Source: Cyanidioschyzon merolae (Eukaryota). Taken from it: DNA of 64,000 bases. The first letter of the stretch is position 1. Each line of letters opens with the position of its first letter. A model generated the notes under the pieces. That model did no database searches and was not told the origin of the DNA. It saw only the letters and a program-made list of their open reading frames with translations. The position numbers and the translations under genes are program-made. This document shows positions 10,880 through 21,437 of the stretch, one piece after another. The stretch is from NCBI GenBank assembly GCA_000091205.1, contig AP006495.2; one strand, given 5' to 3'.

Positions 10880-12439
10880 AGGAACGTCTGCCGAAAACTA
10901 CGCTTACAGCGGCGAACGCTTCGGCGTCCGTGACGTGTACAAATCGGTTCTGACGCTTTATTTTCTTTCATCTCAATTGTATTCCACCGCAGCAGGGTAA
11001 TGCATGTTTTTTCGTGGTTTATGGCAGATGTGTTCAATGTACTTTCATTTGGAGAGAAAAAATCAAAGTGTAAGTTATGGTCACGGAAGTCGGTGATCCT
11101 GGCGGACCGCCATCACCAGCTGCCGAAATGAAAACGAAAAATCTTCTTCTTACTCGCTACACAGCGGAGAAGAGCAAGTGGGGAGGCAGAAGAAGAGGAG
11201 ATAGATAAGAAAACTGTTTGCCCCACGTGACGAAAACGAGACTGAAGTAGTGCAGAGGGTGCTATTGCTAGGAATTCGTTAGAAGGTGAGCTCCACCTTC
11301 GTCAATGGACGCAAGGAGTCCTTGAACCGAGTCTTCAACGCTTCCATAAATATGCGACAGCGCTCGGTGCTGAATACGAGACCCGCGTAGCTGGTGCGAG
11401 CCATCTTTGTGGAGGCAGCCGCTCACGGTCGAATTTTACGAGAAGAAGCTGGAACCGATAGTAGGGAGCCAGCAAAAAGGCCGGGAGGCGGCCGTGATTG
11501 GCTATTATTTTACCCTACGACGTTGTGACGCTCTTTCGCTCCGTGAGCACTTGCAGGAACTTCAGCCAAGAGCCGCGATTCACACAGCCCGTAGCCACCC
11601 ACAAACCCTCTCTCAGAATAGAAAAGGAATGGGTCCCCGAACTTGGGGCGTAAAGCTCAAGTTTGGGGATTTCCAATACTATTAACATCATCTTTTGCTG
11701 GCTTTTTCGGCGACTGCTCCTCTTTCCTACGCTCTCCATTGTAAGCAGTCGAACGATGTTGAGAGCAGCGTAGAGTGCATACATGGCCTTTAGCGGCTGT
11801 TGTTCACGCATTTTATGTATGAGCAAATTTTACGATCTACGCTTCGTGTGTCATTGTCATTTGTTTATGTAACAGGTCTGTGCGGCCTTCGCATTGGTGA
11901 CATTTGGCCGTGGTCATATTTTTCCGCATGACCATAACACCCAATCGAACGCTGAGGGCCAGCCAGTGGCACATGAACGCATGCTGCATCGCTCGGCAGA
12001 TGCCCTTGACGAGTGCAGAAGGCTCGGCTCGATGTTCTCCTCCGATTCAGCGTGCGCTGCTGTACCCTACGTCCACGGGCCTCTTGTAGGCGATCCCCTG
12101 GTACATGCTCTGTTGGCTGCGCGCGCAAACGCACGCTGTTCCACTCGTTGAGGAGTTTGTCGAACGCGAGTTTTCTAGAATGAAACATTTTCGTGAAACA
12201 AAATCCAGGCTCGAGATCAAGTCGGGAAATTTCGATTCGTCGCCTTCCGCTTCGTGCACAGAAATGACGCCCTCTCTACGAGAGGCGATTGTTGCGGCAA
12301 CTAAAGTCCGAGTCCAAGGCACTTTTCGTTGCAAAAAAAGACGGAGAGCCGATGGGAACTAATTCCTTAGGGATATTATGACGCCGGCGAACGCCAGGTC
12401 GCCGATGACTGCGAAATGAGGAGAATATGTCTTTTGGAC

Positions 12440-12890
12440 GAAATCGACTATTTGGCGTGTTACATAGAGTGAACGTTGGGTATGGGCTTGTTAACAAGTT
12501 TTCAATCGTCGACGTCGTGTTTCTCTTGTCGGAAAGCCAGTAGCGTAAATGCTGCACCTACGAGTCGACATAAAGAAGAATGATCAAAGAACTGAAGCAT
12601 GCATAACGTGAATACGCTGTATATAAGGAATGCAGAAGACTGGAGGCTCGCACGTAAGCATTGAATAACGAAACTGGTTATTTTACGAATACCTCCTTGG
12701 GGGCGTCGGGAATTAGCATGGTGTCAGTGAAGTGACGGGTTCCACGGCAAAATTTTGGAACGGCCGCTCGGAAACGACAACCGAGAATCCTAGGCCTACC
12801 TAAGATTCTGTATACCCTTATTGCTGTGCTCTTAATGTCGAGACTGTACATCATAAAAATTCGATAAAGGAATAAGAAAAACGAACAGAC
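12440..12890 (+). repeat. dispersed repeat family 1, copy about 450 bp, just upstream of the LysRS start
   Basis: Shares with the other copies the blocks gactatttggcgtg, gcagaagactggaggct, cgctcggaaacgacaaccgagaatcc, cccttattgc and tgtcgagactgtacat..taaaaa. Confidence 0.6.
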
Positions 12891-13008
12891 CGTCCAGTCC
12901 AGTGTTCTATTTTAATTTGACACGCATGCGGCCGTCCCAAGCGCAGCGTAACCACGTTGCTAGACCTCGGGCAGTATTTTTGCACATAGTCATAACAAGA
13001 GGAACACT

Positions 13009-14841
13009 ATGGAACTGAGCTCAGGGAACACGATCGAAACGGTGACGAGTGATCAGGATCTCAGGAATGAGACAGTGGGCTCGGATGATGGATCTGTCTT
13101 GAGCAAAAACGAGCTAAAGCGGCGTATGAAGGCGCAGCGCCTTGCTGCAGAGCGCGAACTGCGGCAGTCGAGCCGAGTTCAGCAACATCAGGCGGCTGCA
13201 CGCGATGCTTCCTCAGGAAACCAGGAAGCGGACGAAGAACTGATGACGTCCCAGCAGTATTTTAGCCACCGATGTCGAGTTGTCGAGCACTTTCGCTCCA
13301 GCGGAGAGGATCCCTACCCCCATAAGTTCTACGTGACGTGCAGCGTACCGCAGTTCATCGCCAAGTACTCATACTTGGGTGTAGGTGAGCGCCTCGATGG
13401 GGAAGAGGCTTTGGCAGGTCGCATTCGCTCGCGGCGCTTGTCTGGTTCGCGATTATTTTTTTACGATATTTTCGCTGATGGAACTAAAGTGCAAGTCATG
13501 GCCGACGCACGGTTGGATACTGCAGGCAATTTTGCCACTGTGCACAGTGCACTTCGCCGCGGGGACATCATAGGTGTCCGCGGCTATCCAGGACGAACGA
13601 AAACAGGTGAACTTAGTATCTTTCCCGTCGAGACGAGGCTGCTGTCACCGTGTCTACACATGCTGCCGAAACCGCACCAGATGCTAAGCGATCCAGAAAC
13701 ACGCTATCGCCAACGTTATTTGGACCTCATCGTGAACCGCGAGGTTCGCCCGATATTTGAACTCAGAGCAAATGTCATTCGCTTCATCCGCAAATTCCTG
13801 GACGAACGTGGTTTTCTCGAAGTCGAGACGCCGATCATGAATGCTGTTGCAGGTGGCGCGAACGCGAGGCCGTTTGTGACCTTTCATAACGAGCTTGGGG
13901 TCAATATGTATCTTCGCGTTGCACCAGAGCTCTACCTGAAAGAGCTCGTGATCGGCGGCCTGGATCGAGTTTATGAGTTGGGCCGAAACTTTCGAAATGA
14001 GGGTATCGATATGACGCACAATCCGGAGTTTACAGCCTGTGAATTTTACGCTGCATATCTGGACTATAAGGATTTGATGGATCTGACAGAAGCGATGTTG
14101 AGCTTGTTAGTGAAGGAGCTGACTGGGCATCTGAAAATCAAGTATCATCCCGAAGGGAGGCATGCTCTGGAGAACGAGGTCGAGATCGATTTTACCCCAC
14201 CGTTCAAACGGATCTCCGTCATGGATGCTCTGCGCGAAGCGCTTCCGAGCGAGCTGCGACCGCTATTTCCCGAATCTGAGCAACTCGGTACAGACGAGTC
14301 GCGCTTCCGTTTGGAGACTATTTGCGAGCGAGTGGGTGTAGTTTGCCCGCCTCCGGTCACAGAAGCACGCCTGCTAGATAAGCTTTTCGGGGCGCTCGTG
14401 GAGCCGAAGTGCGTTTCGCCCACGTTCGTTTGCGACCATCCGGAAATCATGAGCCCACTCGCAAAATGGCACCGGAATCGACCCGGCCTCACGGAACGGT
14501 TTGAACTTTTCGTGAATGGGCGCGAACTCTGCAATGCATACACAGAACTTAACGATCCCTTTGTGCAGAGGGAACGATTCCTGAGCTCACAACGGGACGC
14601 GGACAAAGGCGACGCGGAAGCAATGGCGAAAGATGAAGATTTCTGTACGGCGCTGGAATATGCACTTCCGCCAACTGCTGGCTGGGGCATTGGTATCGAC
14701 AGACTCGTGATGCTGCTCGCCGATCAGAACAACATCAAGGAGGTCGTGCTTTTCCCGGCACTGCGACCGCGCCCTAACTCTGACGGCGACGAGGCAGCAG
14801 AACTGCGAGATCGCGTTCAAGACCTGAAAGTTAAAGAATAA
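13009..14841 (+). CDS. KARS: lysyl-tRNA synthetase, class II, eukaryotic type with Lys-rich N-terminal tRNA-binding extension
   Basis: 610-aa ORF containing the OB anticodon-binding region and class II motifs ([31 protein letters not shown]). The N-terminal [16 protein letters not shown] helix is typical of eukaryotic LysRS. Confidence 0.95.
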   Translation: MELSSGNTIETVTSDQDLRNETVGSDDGSVLSKNELKRRMKAQRLAAERELRQSSRVQQHQAAARDASSGNQEADEELMTSQQYFSHRCRVVEHFRSSGEDPYPHKFYVTCSVPQFIAKYSYLGVGERLDGEEALAGRIRSRRLSGSRLFFYDIFADGTKVQVMADARLDTAGNFATVHSALRRGDIIGVRGYPGRTKTGELSIFPVETRLLSPCLHMLPKPHQMLSDPETRYRQRYLDLIVNREVRPIFELRANVIRFIRKFLDERGFLEVETPIMNAVAGGANARPFVTFHNELGVNMYLRVAPELYLKELVIGGLDRVYELGRNFRNEGIDMTHNPEFTACEFYAAYLDYKDLMDLTEAMLSLLVKELTGHLKIKYHPEGRHALENEVEIDFTPPFKRISVMDALREALPSELRPLFPESEQLGTDESRFRLETICERVGVVCPPPVTEARLLDKLFGALVEPKCVSPTFVCDHPEIMSPLAKWHRNRPGLTERFELFVNGRELCNAYTELNDPFVQRERFLSSQRDADKGDAEAMAKDEDFCTALEYALPPTAGWGIGIDRLVMLLADQNNIKEVVLFPALRPRPNSDGDEAAELRDRVQDLKVKE

Positions 14842-14928
14842 AGATCAACTTTTGGAATGCAGGTCAGTGAAGTAATTACTCCCAAATAAGAATAAAAAGG
14901 GACAGGTGCCATCTCACGGGCGCATAAT

Positions 14929-15376
14929 TTAAAGTTTGGGTCTTTTCCTTATCCCATCGGACTCAGAATTTGCGGACTCTTTCTGCAATTGCTTCCTTTT
15001 CCACTCACACATCTCAGGCTCTAGATACCAAGGTCGTTCCTGTCCGTCCAGCTCATTCGCCGACAATATAAAGATGTTAATGGAAGCTTTAAAGTCGTGA
15101 TTTCGTTGCTCCCAAATGTTTTCAACGTATTTCATGCATCGTTGGAAATAACGTTCTACGGTTCGCTTGGCAGTTTTCATCTTATTTGTATATGGCCTCG
15201 GTGCGCGCTTCGCAACAGTGACTCTTTACTCTGATCGGGTATTCCCATACATCCGTGAAATCTCCCCTGTCTCCGAAGGCTAACCAGTAGCGCGAGAAAG
15301 GTTGCTCCATCACTCGGTAGTTGCCTTTGACGGTCACGGAAGGCTTCAATCGATGACCTCTTCCATTTCTATACAA
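14929..15376 (-). pseudogene. possible cytochrome b-c1 complex subunit 7 (QCR7/UQCRB)-like small gene, split into two ORFs by a 1-nt frame offset
   Basis: Adjacent minus-strand ORFs 15182..15376 (RYWLAFGDRGDFTDVWEYPIRV) and 14929..15180 (TVERYFQRCMKYVEN...ERPWYLEPEMCEWKRKQ) loosely resemble QCR7 (RYGLRYDDL, FYLEPYL, KRER). The frame break could be a sequencing error, a short intron or decay. Confidence 0.25.
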
Positions 15377-15859
15377 AGTGCCGTACCGTGTGGTTACTGG
15401 CTCTCGCCCGGCAATCCCCTCGATCAGTATGCTATCCGCCTTACGCGAAAGCGCAAGCTGTTCGGTTCAAGAATTCACCAACTGCTTCTTTTCATGCCCT
15501 GGTGGCGTCCTTGATCGTGTTTAAACGCGAAGAATAAAATTAAAGTGTGCAAGTTAGCTCGTCCCCCGCCCTATGCTGTTTTCCGATCAGAACGCAAGAG
15601 GATTTATAAAATGCGACGTCATCCGTGATGTAACAAATGCCTTAGGGAAAATAGACATAGGAGAAAATCTCGAGAAATTTCGATCCGTAAATGATTCCTT
15701 CGTGGTAAGCGACATCGACTGTGAATCAAATCCGGATCTGAGGCCCTGTTCAATGTGAAACGATCAGACAAAAGCGAGTAGGGTGCATATCCGGGGAGAT
15801 ATCCTGTTGTTGTGGAATGTAGTTTCGGCGATGTTCACAAAGAGCAGCGGATTCGTCGT

Positions 15860-16300
15860 TCGGACGTATCTGACTATTTGGCGTGAGAATTTCGCTCATG
15901 TTTCAGCATGGTCTTGTGAGGAAGCCATCGTAAACCGACTTCGGATGCTTTTACTCGTCCGCGTGGTTGCGCGAGGCCCTACGTCCATAAGTTACCTTGA
16001 AACAGAAAAATCGAGAGCTTGAGGAATGCGTAATTTGAACATGCTACACGTCTGGAAAGGAGAAGACTGGAGGCTTGTTCGTTTGAATATGGATCATGAT
16101 ATCGGTTCTTTGCCGAATTTTGCTCGAGTGTGTCGCCAATCATTTTGATTACATTGATGGCAAGCATTCCAACTGCGCAGCATTGAAGAAGTCGATCCCA
16201 AAACGAGGCCCGAGAACCCCAATTTGCTAATGCATCAGGAATAACTTATCGCAGCAAATTGTATGCCACGTCTGTACATGTAAAAAAGTTTGAAAACGAG
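15860..16300 (+). repeat. dispersed repeat family 1, copy downstream of LysRS
   Basis: Contains gactatttggcgtg...ccttgaaacagaaaaatcgagagcttga...ggagaagactggaggcttgttcgtttgaatatggatcatgatatcggtt...gtctgtacatgtaaaaaag, which aligns with the copies at 12440, 29600 and 58270. Confidence 0.6.
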
Positions 16301-17459
16301 ATCGAAAGGTAGGAATAGATCGTGCAGCTCAAAGTCTTTCAATTCAGTTTTATTCAACATTCACTGCAGTGTGTGGCAGGGATTTGACGCCTGGAAGCAA
16401 GGTACCCTATAGACTGTTGACGAATTGCCTTTAGGATATACATTCTTTACTGAACAGTGAAAGGAGGACTGCATTCCCCCTTAAGGTCAGTCAAACCACA
16501 ATATTCAGATGGGTGAGGAATGCGGAATCAAAGGAATGAATGCTGTCCGCGCCAAAAACTGGTATTCTCGAAGACTGCTTGCAGTCAATAGTAGAAAACG
16601 ACACTTTGGACTCGCTACGGTAAGCAAAAGCGACGTTGGTAGCGGCAAATGGCTTTTCAGTTTCTCAACAACGCGTTCGTGTGGCCCTGAAAAAAACTGG
16701 ATACTGTCGCAAAAAGAAAGTCTTAGTTTATGCACGGCCATTTCCCACCGAGGTCGCAGCTAATTCAGCGTTCCAGGAACGTCGCTATCCGTATGAAGCA
16801 CAGGGACAAGGACGTCGGTTTGCTCTTTCAGTCGATGAGAATTGCTTCGGACGAAACGGTCAGAACGCATTCGGGTATTCGCGGAACGGGAGCCCGTTGT
16901 ACGAAAGACCGAACTGGAAGAGAACGACGACATACCACCTGGCCTAGCTGCAGGGGATGTATTTAACGGCCTCAGTTCGCTCGTAGGGAAGGTTCATACA
17001 ACAACACCGTATTTGCCAAATTATTGAAGTCTTTTCCTTGACGTCTGGTGACGTCCTTCTGTTCGACGACGTAGTGTTTCACCATTCCACTTGCAACTGA
17101 GCTTCTGCGGATTCTCTCTGGCCAGAACTGCTTTTCATTCCGCGGTGTACTTCGTGGTCGAACCCAGTCCAGCAAGTGTTTTCTGTTGTGAAACATAATG
17201 ATAGCTCCACTGGGCGAATGTTTTTGTTTGGAAAACCGTTTACATTGACGACGGATCCGAGGTTGCGGGACGAATACCGCCTTCCGGGAAAGCGTCCACC
17301 ATGCCGCACACTACCTCCAAGTGCCAATACCTGTACTCGGTTGTACCGGTCGTTTCGTAGGTACTAACGCTCGCCAACCCTGTCGTTATAATCAGCATCA
17401 AACGTCTATATCGCTTGTACAGATGCTGCACCGATACAGAAAGCCCTTGCCATATCTAT

Positions 17460-17758
17460 GAGCGCGTCGGCTCGAGACGTGGTTCACTCGACATGAGGTC
17501 GGGACTCTTCAACTTTCTGGGAGCCTGCAAACTGCGCAGACAGACCTACAACCTGCGGCAGCACGAAGCGATATCCTAGGAGCCCATCGCAACCAGAGCG
17601 ACGCCCGGATGCAACCTACACGCTCCATTTCGCATAATAAACTGTGTTGCGGACGAGTTGCTCAGACCTCGCTGTAGCACCCGGCACCGAAGAGACATAC
17701 GCTTCGCAAGCCCGGCAGACTCGTCCAGTTCGCCGGACCTCCCGCCTAGGAGGTAAAC
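17460..17758 (+). repeat. dispersed repeat family 2 / candidate structured ncRNA, copy B (about 300 nt)
   Basis: Homolog of 2319..2587. The terminal hairpin CCTCCcgcctaGGAGG corresponds to CCTTCcgcctaGAAGG in copy A, a double compensatory change in a 5-bp stem. Confidence 0.5.
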
Positions 17759-18066
17759 ATTCTAGAATACGACAGTGTTTTCCCGTCAACGCTGGCCGTA
17801 AAGAAAGAAAGATATTTTTCTATTTTGTTTGTTAAAGATTACTTGTGTTCCCTGATCAAGAAATTGCGATTGCGCGATACACATGAGTAGGACCGCACCT
17901 GCGACATGCGCTGGGTGCGTCGCATCGCTGGCAGTGCAAATTTGTCGCAAATAGTCCCCGAGATCGTTGCTCGTGTGTCGGCACCGCAGATGCATGGAGA
18001 AGCAATGGCGCTCCAGGCGCGCTTCGATGCTGGCGGCGGAATCCGAACGATCTGGACCATTCAATC

Positions 18067-19572
18067 ATGTATGGATGGTCATCGTGCGCCGTTGCACGAG
18101 CGACGGCACATCATATGGCACCTGCGGGTAGGCAGAAATGCAATTTTGACTGCATTGGTGCTCTTAAGCAAGCGCTCAAGCACGCAACCCTCAGGATAAA
18201 CGTCATGAACTCTGCGTTTATTCAACCCTCGGCACACTTATCGAGAACAACAAGTTCGGGTCAGCTAAACTTGCTGACTTCTCAAAGTCAGACGTTGGGT
18301 ACGAACTCTGGCTCACAGAGTGCGTGCCCAGCATCACCGAACTTGGGCACGGGGCCCAGCTATGCGCAGTGGACCCCTGGTTTGGTGACGCCGCCTCTGC
18401 AAGGACCCCCTAACCGAATTCACGCTGCATATTATCACGTGTACCATCATAGCAACCACTTGGCGAACAACATTGTCGCCCGATTGGGAACCCCGACGGC
18501 CACTGCGCTCAATTACTGGCAGCAACCGAGTTGTCCGTTTCTGAGCGGTCAGGAGCGACCGGCAGTACAGAGTGATCTCAGCTTTCTCAGCGGCAGCAAC
18601 TGCGAGGATGAGAACGGAGCGGGGTATCGATTGTTTGAGTCTGTTCTGGACCAGTTGGAAAACACGACTCAGCAAGCGCGAAACGCCTCAACGTTCTGGC
18701 TAACTAGTACCGACGCTGAGCATCCAGATCGAATGGACACTTTCGGAGCCGAAGAGCTCGAAGAACTGGAACAGCAACTTTATCAAGTACCACTAGCAGA
18801 GAGTGAGTACGGAGGGCTAGCTGCCCCAAGCGATAATTTCCTCAGTGCGAATCGTCGCGAGCTTTCACACCAAGAAAGGAGCGCCAGCGCGCCAGAGACG
18901 ATCCAGTGCTCCTCGGACATATACAGTTCAGATGAAGAAGCAACGAGCAGCGAGCATGACAGCGACATCTGCTATGCACAGTTTATGCCAGCTGGAGGCG
19001 CGACTGCAGCGCAAACGCTGAGCCCGCTCTCCGGGAGTAGTGCGGTCGGGACACTTGCCCAACAAGCTCTGCGTGAACACTCCACCGATAACCACCTGGG
19101 CGAGAGACATCTTTTCATAAGAGACAGTGATGTCGCTTTCTACATTGCTCTCACTTCACCGAATATTTCGAAGGCGAGATACACGGATATAATTGCTAAC
19201 ATGAAACGTCGAGGGGTTATCGACACGGGGAACACTGACTGGGAGAAAAAGCTAGTTCAAGTGCGTGCCTCCCGGCCAGTTCCAAAGCACCTGGCACGCG
19301 CAATGAGCGGGGAAAACGCCATCGCATGCGCAGAGCGTGCTGTTTTGGTGGCGAGCGCGCGAGAGAAGGATATTGAAGGGAAATCTGTTGTAACCGAGTG
19401 TGAGAAACTGAGCGCATGCATGACCGTTCCAACGGAGTGGATCGTGCCAGTGGACGCGTCTCGACGAAGAAAAAGTATATCGCTTGATCAGCTGCTGCCG
19501 AGTTTGAACCGAAAGGTCCATCAGTCTAATAACGTGTTGCTCTTCGTGCTACTGAAGAAGCAAGATGCCTAA
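18067..19572 (+). CDS. hypothetical protein, Ser/Thr/Gln-rich low-complexity, no recognisable domain
   Basis: 501-aa uninterrupted ORF in a coding-dense genome. The composition is biased and no known motif is visible; upstream in-frame or overlapping ORFs make the true start uncertain. Confidence 0.35.
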   Translation: MYGWSSCAVARATAHHMAPAGRQKCNFDCIGALKQALKHATLRINVMNSAFIQPSAHLSRTTSSGQLNLLTSQSQTLGTNSGSQSACPASPNLGTGPSYAQWTPGLVTPPLQGPPNRIHAAYYHVYHHSNHLANNIVARLGTPTATALNYWQQPSCPFLSGQERPAVQSDLSFLSGSNCEDENGAGYRLFESVLDQLENTTQQARNASTFWLTSTDAEHPDRMDTFGAEELEELEQQLYQVPLAESEYGGLAAPSDNFLSANRRELSHQERSASAPETIQCSSDIYSSDEEATSSEHDSDICYAQFMPAGGATAAQTLSPLSGSSAVGTLAQQALREHSTDNHLGERHLFIRDSDVAFYIALTSPNISKARYTDIIANMKRRGVIDTGNTDWEKKLVQVRASRPVPKHLARAMSGENAIACAERAVLVASAREKDIEGKSVVTECEKLSACMTVPTEWIVPVDASRRRKSISLDQLLPSLNRKVHQSNNVLLFVLLKKQDA

Positions 19573-20717
19573 AAATCGTGTAAATTCTACCGAACGGAGT
19601 CTAACCGCATGAATCCTCTGTGATTTCCATATACAATCCGAGCTGCGGGCTCCGGAGGCCAGCAGCTAAGAAGCGGACACCGGAGCGGGTACACTGGCAG
19701 ATTGAATCGTTCCGGGCAAAGCATACCGCGCTCTGACATAGACGCTCTTTACAAATGTAGGCTGCACGGTTGACGCGAATGCTTTAAAGACCGCAGACGT
19801 AAGCGGGTCGATTGTTGCTCATCTTCGCCGGATGCAAAGCAAGTCACTTTTTCAGAGCGAAGATATACGCTGGAAACGGAGACGCGGAGATATCATGACT
19901 ATGCTCGAATCAGTTTACTGCAGCCTGATCTCCGGTGGTGAACGTGAGTGTGAAATACTCATGGGAGCTGGTTGGGCGCAGCGAACGCGGCACACAGTCG
20001 CAGCTTGCTGAAATACTCGGCGCTCTGCACGGTTTGAATTGATGCGTGCCGCGCCCCGGTGTTTCGTCGAAATCGCTGTGCTGCATACAGAAAGATCAGC
20101 AGATTTGGTTGACAGGTTCACTGGGAAGAATGCGTTCGTCTCCAACATATGCTGTCGAGCACTGAATGTCGCGGCTGCCTTGTCGAAGCGGAAATGGAAA
20201 GATGGGAAACCCCCAAAATGGCACTCGCAGTTCGATGATCTACTCAATCCAGAGAGGGGGATCATCTTTTGCAGGGCCGCCTGCTCTGGAGCTTGCGTTC
20301 TGCGATCCGCAACATACAAATGTTGTGAAACGAGGTCGGCATGCCGGTTTTGGAGACTGCTGGCAGACTTGTGCATGAAAGCGCTGCATTTTGTGGCATT
20401 CTCTGCATTCCCTTGAGCGTCGCCGCGATTCATCGGTTCAACAAGAGAACAGGTCGCTCGCCTGACCCTTTTCAAGAAACATCTTGGAGAAGAACATACA
20501 TTAGACGTTGTCATTCGTCAGTTCTGGATGCGGCAGGCGGGCACTACTGCATATTTGCTCGGTGCACCAGTGGCCAGCAGCCCCACCAACTGATTTAGGG
20601 CAAGTTTGCCAGGTCATATAGTGATCCTCGCGCGAAGGCAAGAGTGCCGCCGCCGCGTGGGACTCTGCAGTTCCCAACTCGTTTTCCAGCAGCGTCTGAA
20701 AAAAATCCGTATTCTTC

Positions 20718-21437
20718 TCAGTCATCTTTCTTTCCTCGCATGGATTTTTGCTCATCATCGCTCGCACTGTCCTGGGCAATTGCCTCATCTGCGCTCGAGT
20801 CGCTGACGTTGCCCACGTCGCCGACGGGAGTCACATGCTGCGTCTCACCAGGCTGACTCCGGCTCTGAACTGCGGTGTCATCGATATGAGAGTCAGATCC
20901 TTGTCTCGCTGATGCCTGGTTTCGACTCGGGTCGAGCCCTAGAAGCTTGAGGAGAGGGTTCGGCTCCGATTTGAACGGCCGCTCCAGGGCACCGGTATCA
21001 CGATGCCCAAGAAGATGTATCTTGATGAGAGGGTCATCCAGCTGTCGAACAAAGCCCATAATAGCCTGAAGAATGAGCGGTGCAACAGAGCCCATCTTCC
21101 AGTGAAGAAAAACCAGCAACGCCGTCTGGAGGAACAGCTGCGAGCGCGTAGCGTCCAACAACGAAATGTCATATTCTTGTACCGTCAACCGTTGACGCAC
21201 ATTCGGGTCTGGAGTCGGGTTCTGCAACGTCGGCTTCAACGGAACCTCCAGCAGCCTACCATCTGCCTTCTTGATGACAAGTCTTCGTACAAAAGCGTTC
21301 AGCAGCAGCGCTGTGAGCAGAAAAGTTGCGTAGGCTGTTCGTGCGCCCAGAATAACGCGTTCATCTTTTTGATCAAGCTTATTCACCAGATGCATCACGA
21401 CGAAAAGCAACGCTATGTTTCGTATTTGTGCGTTCAT
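20718..21437 (-). CDS. Pho88/SND2 (TMEM208-like) family ER membrane protein with acidic Ser/Asp-rich C-terminal tail
   Basis: The N-terminus MNAQIRNIALLFVVMHLVNKLDQKDERVILGARTAYATFLL...TVQEYDISLLDATRSQLF...KIHLLGHRDTGALERPFKS aligns with yeast Pho88 (MNPQVSNIIIMLVMMQLSRRID...TVRDYDLKEI...KIHLFGKPATGDLKRPFKA). Confidence 0.7.
   Translation of the reverse strand: MNAQIRNIALLFVVMHLVNKLDQKDERVILGARTAYATFLLTALLLNAFVRRLVIKKADGRLLEVPLKPTLQNPTPDPNVRQRLTVQEYDISLLDATRSQLFLQTALLVFLHWKMGSVAPLILQAIMGFVRQLDDPLIKIHLLGHRDTGALERPFKSEPNPLLKLLGLDPSRNQASARQGSDSHIDDTAVQSRSQPGETQHVTPVGDVGNVSDSSADEAIAQDSASDDEQKSMRGKKDD

Noticed and set aside
17560-17600. U6 snRNA-like fragment ctgcggcagcacgaagcgatat in family-2 copy B, and a 5S-like agtactt...cctgggag string in copy A
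   Set aside because: Each string is present in only one of the two homologous copies and the flanking U6 or 5S sequence is absent, so this is coincidental similarity.
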